Source: Phoronis australis
Taxonomy: Eukaryota > Animalia > Phoronida
Direction: 5' to 3'
Length of the DNA: 64,000 nt
Assembly (NCBI GenBank): GCA_002633005.1
Contig: NMRA01000023.1
Coordinates: forward strand, 1,711,762-1,775,761
A model generated the notes under the pieces. It made no database searches. It had not been told where the DNA came from and saw only the letters and a list, made by a program, of their open reading frames with translations. Position 1 is the first letter of the stretch, and each line of letters opens with the position of its first letter. The translations under genes and the position numbers were made by a program. This document shows, piece after piece, positions 54,901-64,000 of this stretch.

Positions 54901-57900
54901 ACTGGTTTATTGGCGGTGTTTGTTGTTTTAGCCGTGCGAATAAGAATAACTGAACTTTACAAAACCAGTGAGATTTGAATTTCGACCTTCGCAAAGGAGT
55001 CTTGCCAAAACTGCTGTTGTTTGTCTAGTAAGTACATATATCCTAATTCCATGACTACGAGCACTTTTCAGAAATAAAGTAGAGTACCCTCAGAGTCTAG
55101 AAAATACGACTTTTTGATAAATGATCAATTGATTTGCAGTTAGCGGGCCAACCAGTAGCGAACATTCATTTTTTGATGACGTTTGTCTGCATTACTCATT
55201 GTGGTGAAATGGCGTAACCACCAGTCGCTTTCGACTTCAAATGACATGAAATCCATTAGCGCCAGACGATTTTTTTGTCTTATTTTGAAGATCTAAGGTA
55301 GCTCAACACATTGGTGAGTACTAAAATGTTCTGAAACCTGTGCCAGCTGAGATATCAGGATACAAATTTAGCCAATTTTGACCGTTTCAAAAATCACTAA
55401 AAGTACTCATCTTATGCTGCTCTAAAAACAGACAAATAATTGTTGAAATCTTTCAAATTTGCATGAACAAAGTAATCGAAGGTCACACCTGATCAATATT
55501 TCAACGTTACTTCCACTGCGGAACGTAACTGTTGAATTTTACGAAAACTCAACTACCGCCAGGCTCAAAACTTGCCGGAAACGAATAGTATCCATGGAAA
55601 CCAAAATTAGGCATTGGGACCAGTGTCATCAGACAGAGAAAATATAAAAAGAATCTATGATATAGCATTTATCACCCTCTGCCTGGTCCATTGGCGAACA
55701 TGCTCGTAATCCCTTGTGCTTGATCTCAACTTTTGTGTATAAAATAAAGTTAATGTAATGAGAAGGCTGCCATCTGTTATTAAAAGATGAAAAATTTCGC
55801 AAAAATTAAAAACAAAACTTTAGTGTAATCAGAGTGACAAAAATCACGTTAGGTCATATTTTAAGAGCCGAGATCAATTCAATGCGATCATTAAAACAAG
55901 GGGCTGTGAAGAAAATACCGTGCACTGACAAAGCTACATTTGTAAAAATAAAAATTGCAAATTGTTTATTAAAAGCAAAAGTTGAGTGTTCAACACAGTC
56001 ACAGCACACATTTTAGAAATTCAGATATTAAAAAGTTCAACATCCTCAGAGGTTGCTCTTACCAGCACAGTCTCCCACACACTTGAGCCACTTGTTACAA
56101 CATCTTCCAGAATCAAACAGAGATCTCCCGGCCTATACTTCCCTTCAATCAACTTCTTAGTCCCATAATCCTTTGCTTCCTTTCGCCGAATCAACATTGG
56201 AATATTCTTAGTTACGGAAACTTGCTGTGAAATTAAAAAAAAAATACAAAATGAATGTTGATCTCAGGAGCATCAAAAATACTTGGTAAAAAACTTTTAA
56301 AAGAAATACTCCCAATATTTATATTCAAACAACTGTAAGTTGGTAGTAGGATAGTTACATGAGACGGACATCTTTTGACAGGCACAATAGCACACGAGCA
56401 ATCTAATCTAAACATAAAAGCTTTTAATATGTCTGACGACATCATCCCTAGACTGGCAGTTTAAGCAAGCAGTGTGACCTAATGTATGCATGGGGGGGAG
56501 AGGGCAGTTGTATCTGAAACTGACTCCTGGTCGATGGCGAACACATCAATAAGAGTTAGCATGTTCAACATTTTACCAGCTTTGTGTAGTTAATTTTAAG
56601 ATACAGAGCTTGGAATGACCGACAAAAAAGGAGAATTTGACAGGTGATACATCATTCCACAAATAGGGTTGTGTGATAGAAATATTTCTTTTAGGTGTAA
56701 AATTTAAGTGAAATAAACGTTTTTGCATGAATAAAGTCAAAATACTGATAAAAAGACAAAAAAGATGAAACTAGAAACCAAATAAGAAGAAATTAAAACC
56801 AAGAAGGTGGAAATCCTCTTAAAAGAGGAAAATTCCAAGCCCTTTTAAGGGCTTGCAATTTTCCTCTTTTAAGAAGCATCTTAAAAGATGCTTCTTTTTC
56901 TGAGAACGATGTCCACAGCTTGTTGTGAATATGCATAATGAGGTCACACCATTGTCAGTGAGTGTTAATACACTTTGGATTCTAATCTACGTTTTGAGAA
57001 TGTACACTTTATCTTACAAAATTAGGAAAAGTCTGGGAGTATATCTTCGTTCTACCACAGAAAAATTTGATGCAAACCACTTAATACAATAAAATTGATG
57101 ACAACTTGTTTTCTACTCAGATGAGGACTAATTTTTTGTCTTGAGACCATGCAAATAAAATGAAACGTGTCAGAGACTGTTCTCAACAGTCACTTCTTTT
57201 AAGCACTAAAGGAACGTTTTAAGAACAACTTCAAAAGGGTAAATCGGGGTTCAGTTTGGCGAGTACCTGTTCGCATTTTGCGAGCTGAAGTTACTGTTGA
57301 CGACCTGCGCTTGAGGCTTACTCGCCAAATGAGATTTCAGTTTTTCGTTCCTCAACTCGCCAAATGCAACTAAAATTTACGACGATGCTGTTCTCACTCT
57401 TGCAAAACAATATCAGCCGGGTCAACTCATTAACATAACAGTAACAAAAAACAACCGAAAAGCTCTGACCACCGGTCAACTATTGTCACCTTCTGCCGAT
57501 CTTGTTTATTTACAGGCACTCGAAAAATATCACTCTCGAACAGTGCCTCCTAAGTAGGAGAGCGAGTGACTCTCTAGAGGTCATGAACTTCGGCAAAGTG
57601 AGATTTGAGCGCCTGTGGTTTCCTTATCTGCTTTTCATGACAATAGTGATGAAAAAATTGTGACACACGGAGGCAAACTTAGAGATGGCAGGGAGAATAG
57701 TAGCAATTGAAGGAAACAGTGGCAATGCGAGGAGAGAATAGTGGCAGGGCAAAAATGGTGTCTCTAATACTTTACGTTTAATTTCTTATGTGCTTGGAAA
57801 CATAATACATTCGAAGTTATACGCAGACGAATTTGTCTTTAGATTATTGAATATCGGAAAACCCTTACACTATTTGTTTTAAAGTTAACTCTAACTAGTG

Positions 57901-59419
57901 ACGTTTTATGTTTTCATAAAGATTCACTGAAAATATTAGAGTACCTCAGCAGCACAGCTACTATACTCTCCCCCGATCACGGGATCAATTTAGAGTGTTA
58001 CAGCCCCACCCCCCTCGTTGCCATCCCTCGGTAGTTTGCCCTCATCCATCGGGGTGTCGCCCTGCTGCTCACCTCACTTTCAAGATGCAGCCTGGAGAGG
58101 ACCACCCAGCTAAGCCACAGCAGTACCTAGCCGTATCACTGTGAATCAATAAAACGTGGTTTGACAGAACTTCATAATTCCAACCTTCAAGTAAATTTGA
58201 CTACAAAAAATATAAAAAACCTAATGGTATGTTTATGATAAGTTCATAACTATCGACAGCGACTTAAAAATAAAAATACCAATTTGTAATATTTAAAAAG
58301 GGAAGTCTTTGAATATTTCAGAATTGAAAAAAAATGTATTCAAAAAAGAAAACTTTGAGGATTTCAATAAAAGTTGGCCCCTTATGGTGCTTTTATTTTG
58401 AGTTAACTTGGAGTTGCAAATGACCCCCACCACAGGTATGCATGTGTGTAATGTTTGTGGGCGTGAATTATTTGCCAATCATGTTACTTGTATTTTGTTA
58501 AACCAAAGGTTAAAAAATAAAATCGCATTTCACGATGCAAAATTGTTTTGGAAATGTCCTTCAAAACAAGCTTGTTACATGTGAAAAATAAGATCTACTT
58601 TAAGATCTGTGGCAAGTTGGCAAGGTTTCTCTGAGAAACATATCGGTGATCGATGCTCTTACATTGTCCCCATCAATTACAATGTGAGGAAAGGGTGTTG
58701 GTGCAGCCACTGTAGATTTTGTGCCTTTGTTATGCTATATCAATGTCTTTCAAACGAGAACTGTGTTTGTACAAGATGTATGTATAATGGAGAATAAAAA
58801 CGTAATCCAAGGAGTCTGTAGTAGGACCAATTTTTCAGAACATCAATCCGTTTCAGACGGCAGGTGAAATTATGTTTCAGGAAATATTGGTAACACCTAT
58901 ACCTGCCGTTCTGCATGTGAATTACGCGTAGGCCGTGTAAGCACTTAGGGAAATGCCTTTATATAATATAATGATAGATGTTTAATAGTGAGGATTGTGT
59001 TTGTACAAGAAGCATCATACAGTGGACGTGCTGTGGCAACAACGTGCAAATTTGGCTGTGCCGACGGCAGAAGAGTTGTGATAGCTTGACGCACCTACAT
59101 CACCAGCAGACGATTAAAATGGCCGAGCTGCATCAACAAAGTGATCAATTGAAGTGCTGCATCTAAAAGAACTGTAATGATTCTGAAAAAAAGCGCTTTA
59201 ACCAAACATGTGATAACAATTAGATGTTGAATACAATGGAATGATATGCATACCTACTTTCTAATATCATAAGTCAATGAATAAGTAACACTATAAAAAA
59301 TCTCCAGTTTCTCACTCACTACTCACCGTGGCGATGGGCAGGGCTGTGTACGGTACACCACACACCGAGACAAACTTAGCATCCTTGGCAGCACACCACA
59401 GGTGTTCAGCGACTTCTGC
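39759..59419 (-). CDS. UMPS: Uridine 5'-monophosphate synthase (OPRT-OMPDC fusion), spliced, first exon beyond the window. Exons: 59419-59327, 56224-56063, 52491-52388, 47858-47726, 46784-46635, 45131-44998, 44286-44157, 41660-41576, 41082-40984, 39952-39759
   Basis: OPRT motifs [35 protein letters not shown]; OMPDC motifs [41 protein letters not shown]; all junction phases compatible. Confidence 0.97.
40488..40638. repeat. Minisatellite, 18-bp unit (TGATGAGCTAACCCACRR), ~8 copies
   Basis: Direct observation; explains ORF 40478..40663. Confidence 0.95.
40984..41082 (-). CDS. UMPS: UMPS exon ([19 protein letters not shown]...HMTP)
   Basis: Inside ORF 40919..41125; tgtag| and |gtaag. Confidence 0.95.
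41576..41660 (-). CDS. UMPS: UMPS exon ([28 protein letters not shown])
   Basis: aacag| and |gtaag. Confidence 0.94.
41996..42190. repeat. Foldback inverted repeat (~80-bp arms, ~30-nt loop), MITE-like
   Basis: TATTATTAAAATCTCTTGGTC... / ...GACCAAGAGATTTTAATAATA. Confidence 0.85.
42305..43124. repeat. Near-identical ~410-bp tandem duplication across the N at 42714
   Basis: 42305-42713 repeated at 42717-43124; probable assembly overlap. Confidence 0.85.
43002..43630 (+). mobile_element. 3'-truncated Helentron-like element, same family as 13330-14620
   Basis: AACAAGAGC start and the shared modular subrepeats. Confidence 0.65.
43631..43850 (-). mobile_element. Decayed tRNA-derived SINE-like element
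   Basis: On the - strand GGAGGCAGTGTGGCCTA (A-box-like) then GGGTTCAACTC (B-box-like); no intact cloverleaf. Confidence 0.4.
44157..44286 (-). CDS. UMPS: UMPS exon ([13 protein letters not shown]...[21 protein letters not shown])
   Basis: OMPDC catalytic DxKxxD motif spans the junction; AAG acceptor, |gtacgt donor. Confidence 0.96.
44998..45131 (-). CDS. UMPS: UMPS exon ([22 protein letters not shown]...FLIFED)
   Basis: ttcag| and |gtgtg; hand translation. Confidence 0.95.
45571..45714. repeat. Foldback inverted repeat (~68-bp arms, short loop)
   Basis: ATACATATTTCATTGAAGACACGACTTTGAT / ATCAAAGTCGTGTCTTCAATGAAATATGTAT. Confidence 0.9.
45843..46497. repeat. Minisatellite, 34-bp unit (TCATCATGATCAACACTGAAGAGTGTGTGCTCTT), ~19 copies
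   Basis: Period 34 read at 45961/45995. Confidence 0.95.
46635..46784 (-). CDS. UMPS: UMPS exon ([13 protein letters not shown]...[19 protein letters not shown])
   Basis: Overlaps ORF 46506..46700; tacag| and |gtaac. Confidence 0.93.
47364..47556. repeat. Tandem repeat, 48-bp unit, 4 copies
   Basis: CAATCCCTTGAGAATAT at 47364, 47412, 47460 and 47508. Confidence 0.92.
47726..47858 (-). CDS. UMPS: UMPS exon ([12 protein letters not shown]...VRTFIKEN...AAK)
   Basis: Inside ORF 47693..47878; gacag| and |gtatg. Confidence 0.92.
49113..50408 (+). mobile_element. Helentron-like element (inner, full-length copy)
   Basis: ACAAGAGC start; GGACGGACGGAC microsatellite, CACATAT..ATATGTG hairpin, GCATAAAAAA end; inserted in an A-run with no clear TSD. 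Confidence 0.72.
50590..51976. mobile_element. PIF/Harbinger-like non-autonomous element
   Basis: TIRs GGCCCGGTCTCCAATCTCCG; flanks CAG/CTG; subterminal TACTCG/CGAGTA repeats; no transposase ORF recognised. Confidence 0.82.
52388..52491 (-). CDS. UMPS: UMPS exon ([22 protein letters not shown]...TLH)
   Basis: Inside ORF 52384..52578; AAG acceptor, |gtaac donor. Confidence 0.9.
56063..56224 (-). CDS. UMPS: UMPS exon ([22 protein letters not shown]...[15 protein letters not shown])
   Basis: PRPP-binding motif; cacag| and |gtaag. Confidence 0.96.
59327..59419 (-). CDS. UMPS: UMPS exon (AEVAEHLW...[12 protein letters not shown])
   Basis: ggcag| and |gtgag; hand translation. Confidence 0.94.
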
Positions 59420-59502
59420 CTGCCAAAGTATAGTTTGTAACAATTCACTGGCAAGAATCATGTGACTTCATTATAAATGTATTGTGTAAAAAATATTGTT
59501 AA

Positions 59503-60670
59503 CCCTTATCCTGCTAAGCCTCTATTCAGACAACTTTCCCTGTGCGCTGAGCTAAGTAGGTCACCACTGCTGATGTGCACTGGGCTGTTACGAAGGTCAC
59601 TCAGATTAATGACCTAACATTTTTAGATTGGAAATTTGAAGGGGTAATGTCAACTTCACATAAAAGTAGTCTGCACAAAAGTTGTTAAGAATTTAATGGA
59701 GATTTTCACCATATACATATTACCTTTACCATAGCCTTGCTGTGAATAATTCTATTAACTTTCAAACTGGAAACCCTTTGTTTTTATCTGTTTTTGCACA
59801 TGAGAACATTGTAGCTGACACTCAAAAACCGTAATAAGCATTTTTAAAAGGGAATTCAAGGGAATTGCATGTTTAATAAAGCAGATTTATTGTCTGTAAC
59901 ATCACATCTACAAACAAGAATGTACAGTATATAACATAGGGCCCACCTCAACTTTGCACGATAACAAATTTATGACTGGTGCAGTCGCTTGCTAAAGTCT
60001 GTTTTGAAGTTCACCTTGGTGTGCAAAAACTTGAAACATGGATGGGGACAAAAAGCTACTCTGTGAAAAAGTCACAAAAATATCTAGTTCTGAATTAGTT
60101 CCATAATGTTTCAGAGGCTCTGTATTATGCGCGAAGGGCGTGAGCCAAGCATCGTCGTAGGCCCGTCCAAGTTCAGCTTCAGGGACCGGTAACTCCTCCA
60201 AAATTGCACTGAGATCTGAATCGATAGAATCTGCATTAGTTGTGACTGTTGTATTAGTTTCCCAGTCACTGTCACCGTCACTTTCGAGTGCCAATTCCAG
60301 CTCGTTTTCACTATCTGAGTCCATGAACACTTCCTCAAGAAACTGGTCAACAGTCATCTTACCACGTTTGGCACCAGCCAAGATAAAACTTGCGTAAACT
60401 TTCAAATATCTCGGCAACAACTCACCACAGCCATACGTTGTAAATCAGAAAAATGTAAAGGAAACTATGAACTGTGAATGCGCATGCTCACATATATAAA
60501 CAGCATACGGGGCTTTCACAATTTCTGAATGAAAAACACCAGTGTCCTGGGGTGAGTACACCCTCCTTGCGCAGTCTAGCCGTAGCTTATTATAGTCGAT
60601 TGAGTACACCCCACGCATTTTAATAGGATAATTGGCTTGTTGGCTGACCTCGCCTAGCGCAGGATAAGGG
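59503..60670 (-). mobile_element. Non-autonomous piggyBac element retaining an acidic N-terminal transposase-like fragment (ORF 59992..60420)
   Basis: TTAA|CCCTTATCCTGC ... GCAGGATAAGGG|TTAA; peptide MTVDQFLEEVFMDSDSE...ESDGDSDWE resembles piggyBac N-termini (inference). Confidence 0.85.
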
Positions 60671-61269
60671 TTAATCAAAGCTTAGTACCTGCAGAGTTTC
60701 AATCTGATCAGTAAAATTGAGTAAATAGGGGTCCCAAGGTACTGGATAATCAGTCACTTTCAAGTAAAATACGGTATTAGTAAGTTATCGTAGACACTGT
60801 ATTTTAGTGTTATTTAGTTGATGCTTTCCACTAATTTCTTTAAAGCTGCATATTTTACCCCCGTTTAGCTGTAAATGTAGAATTCTAAACCTAAGGGCTG
60901 CGGGGTTTAAACACACTACTATACTCGTCTGATTTTGAATTATTTCTGAATGAGCTTTCAACTCAAGTTGCAGGCAATGAGTACAAATGTCACTTTCCAA
61001 TTTGCAATTTTAGGGTTGGCTTACCTTAACTAAGAAGCCTGCTCTTGAGTTGGTGATGGTTTCAATGTTTTTGCTGGTAAACAGGAAAGAGAATGCTATG
61101 ATGTCTAGGAACATTATGATACTAGTTTTATGAGCATATAGGCCTAATTTAATTTTTGCTTTTCAACCATCTCAATAGTGTGAAATGCAGCTTTAAAGTG
61201 TAAATTGCAAGGTCTCAACCAATCTGAACAACAATATGCTCTAAATTCGTGTTTATAATTATTCTTGCN

Positions 61270-62382
61270 GTTTTTACTTCGCTCGGTTTACGACGTGTTA
61301 CCATCGCCTGCAAACCTTCTTCGCTGGGGCCTAGTGGATGACCTAGCCTGCCAGTTGCGCGGAGGAAGAGGTACATTTGGCCCACATCTTATCACGGTGC
61401 AAGGTGACACTGCAGTAGGGCCGATACAGATGGCGTCATGACCAAGTACTGAAGACCCTTGCAGACATCATGGATGGAGAGCGTAAGACAAGAGTAACTC
61501 AGCCTAGGGCAAGCAGACAGCATATACAATTCGTCAGCGAAGGTGAGATACGGAAGAAGTCACGTCAGCAGCCTTGCATCCTGGATGGAGTAAGCTGGGA
61601 AATGAGAGTAGATCTGGGAAGAAAGCTTGTGTTCCCGAATATTGTGGAAACATCACTTCGGCCTGACATCATTCTGTGGTCGGACATTCATCAATTTATA
61701 GTGATTATAGAGGTTACGGTGCCTTGGGAGGAAGGATGCGAAGAGGTCCATGAGAGGAAATTATCTAAGTATAGCGAGCTGGCGGAGACATGCAGAGCTG
61801 GCGAACTTGGTTGTTTCCTGTAGAGGGGGGATGTAGAGGATTCCCTGCAAGATCTGTATGGTGGTTGCTAGAGAAGCTTGGTGTGCGAGGGGGAAGGAAG
61901 AAAGCTGCAGTGAGAAGACTGGGCGAGACAGCTGAGAGGACATCTTGTTGGCTGCGCTACCGTCGGAATGAAGGAAGTTGGAGGCCTCAGTGATGCACGG
62001 TGGGTTGGCCGCCACTGTGGACCCACCAGTGGAGACCGTTATGGTTTAGGGTCGAAACTAGTCGAGGAAGCTGGATGTCATCTGACGACATCAAACTACG
62101 CCTCCAACTGGTTAGTATACGGCGGGTAGAAGNGCCTCAGTGATGCACAGTGGGTTGGCCGCCACTGTGGACCCACCAGTGGAGACCGTTATGGTTTAGG
62201 GTCGAAACGGGTCGAGGAAGCTGGATGCCATCTGACGACATCAAGCTACGCCTCCAACTAGTTAGAGTACGGTGGGTAGAAGAGAATCCTGGTTTAGCTG
62301 TTACGAAGAAGGGGCGACAAGACGTCAGACTACATAGAAGCCTGACAACTATTGAGGCAGATAATATCACTGTAAGTACACA
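61270..62382 (+). mobile_element. 3' fragment of a restriction-like-endonuclease non-LTR retrotransposon (HERO-like, R2 group), disabled
   Basis: FLLRSVYDVLPSPANL.WG, decayed CCHC knuckle, GRYRWRHDQVL, LRPDIILWS...IIEVTVPWEE...ERKLSKY, PVEGGCRGF; frameshifts and a stop; 5' side is the N at 61269. Confidence 0.88.
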
Positions 62383-63291
62383 CAAACTGGACACCCTTTG
62401 TTTTTATCTGTTTTCGCACATGAGAACATTGTAGCTGACACTCAAAAACCGTAATAAGCATTTTTAAAAGGGAATTTATGGGACTTGCATGTTTAATAAA
62501 GCAGATTTATTGTCTGTAACATCACATCTACAAACAAGAATGTACAGTATATAACATAGGGCCTACCTCAACTTTGCACGATAACAAATTTATGACTGGT
62601 GCAGTCGCTTGCTAAAGTCTGGTTTGAAGTTCACCTTGGTGTGCAAAAACTTGAAACACGGATGGGGACAAAAAGCTATTCTGTGAAAAAGTCACAAAAA
62701 TATCTAGTTCTGAATGAGTTCCATCATGTTTCAGAGGCTCTGTATTATGCGCGAAGGGCGTGAGCCAAGCATCGTCGTAGGCCATTCCAAGTTCAGCTTC
62801 AGGGACCGGTAACTCCTCCAAAATTGCACTGAGATCTGAATCGATAGAACCTGCATTACTTGTGACTGTTGCATTAGTTTCCCAGTCACTGTAACCGTCA
62901 CTGTCAAGTGCCAATTACAGCTCGTTTTCACTATCTGAGCCCACGAACACTTCCTCAAGAAACTGGTCAACAGTCATCTTACCACATTTGGCACCAGCCA
63001 AGATAAAACTTGCGTATACTTTCAAATATCTCGGCAACAACTCACCACAGCCATACGTTGTAAATCAGAAAAATGTAAAGGAAACTATGAACTGTGGAAT
63101 GCGCATGCTCACATATATAAACAGCATACGGGGCTTTCACAATTTCTGAATGAAAAACACCAGTGTCTTGGGGTGAGTACACCCTCCTTGCGCAGTCTAG
63201 CCGTAGCTTATTATAGGTGATTGAGTACACCCGACGCATTTTAATAGGATAATTGGCTTGTTGGCTGACCTCGCCTAGCGCAGGATAAGGG
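62383..63291 (-). mobile_element. Second, partial copy of the piggyBac element, abutting the retrotransposon 3' end
   Basis: Matches 59763-60670; ends GCAGGATAAGGG|TTAA; the flank 63296-63815 also matches 60675-61197. Confidence 0.85.
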
Positions 63292-64000
63292 TTAATCAAA
63301 GCTTAGCACCTGCAGAGTTTCAATCTGATCAGTAAAATTGAGTAAATAGGGTTCCCAAGGTACTGGATAATCAGTCACTTTCAAGTAAAATACGGTATTA
63401 GTAAGTTATCGTAGACACTGTATTTTAGTGTTATTTAGTTGATGCTTTCCACTAATTTCTTTAAAGCTGCATATTTTACCCCCGTTTAGCTGTAAATGTA
63501 GAATTCTAAACCAAAGGGCTGTGGGGTTTAAACACTACTATACTCGTCTGATTTTGAATTATTTCTGAATCAGCTTTCAACTCAAGTTGCAGGCAATGAA
63601 TACAAATGTCATTTTCCAATTTGCAATTTTAGGGTTGGCTTACCTTAACTAAGAAGCCTGTTCTTGAGTTGGTGATGGTTTCGATGTTTTTGCTGGTTAA
63701 CAGGAAAGAGAATGCTATGATGTCTAGAAACGTATGATACTAGTTTTATGAGTATATAGGCCTAATTTAATTTTTGCTTTTCAACCATCTCAATAGTGTG
63801 CAATGCAGCTTTAAAGGAGTTAAGTCTTAGTGGGAAGCATGATACATGGTATCCTTACATTCTGGTGGTTGTATCTACTATTATACAAGGTATACACTGT
63901 CAGCAAAAATCAGCTAATTTGGCCGAGTTGTCAGGTTCGCAAATATCGGCTCCTTTGAGCAACATGTCAGAGGCCTGGTTCTAGAGGAGATTAGAGGCCA

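Noticed and set aside
62045-62100. Hammerhead-like words CGAAAC and CTGACGA in the retrotransposon 3' UTR
   Set aside because: There is no UH cleavage site after the putative stem III and the stem II strands do not pair; a simple stem-loop (AGCTGGATG...CATCAAGCT in the second copy) explains it.

Overview
Intron-rich animal genomic DNA. The repeat families suggest a lophotrochozoan such as a mollusc, but this is inference. Three genes were reconstructed by hand from GT-AG boundaries and homology. (1) The 3' part of the PP2A scaffold A subunit (PPP2R1A/B-like, + strand, 559-12795). (2) A complete three-exon secreted frizzled-related protein of the sFRP1/2/5 type (- strand, 17353-26810). (3) UMP synthase (- strand, 39759-59419), whose first exon lies beyond the window. 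The main finding is in the PP2A-A gene: two tandem, homologous 143-nt exons (8483-8625 and 9022-9164) encode alternative versions of the HEAT13-end/HEAT14 segment in the catalytic-subunit-binding half. Including both or skipping both gives an immediate stop, so they look mutually exclusive. They are surrounded by competing RNA pairings that cover their splice signals, and a probable decayed third copy lies upstream. The rest of the window holds nested non-autonomous transposons (Helentron-like elements carrying arrays of CTCF-like motifs, Harbinger-like, pogo-like and piggyBac elements), a HERO-like retrotransposon fragment, minisatellites, foldback hairpins, and several N-associated duplications that are probably assembly or haplotype artefacts. 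All coordinates were read by eye.
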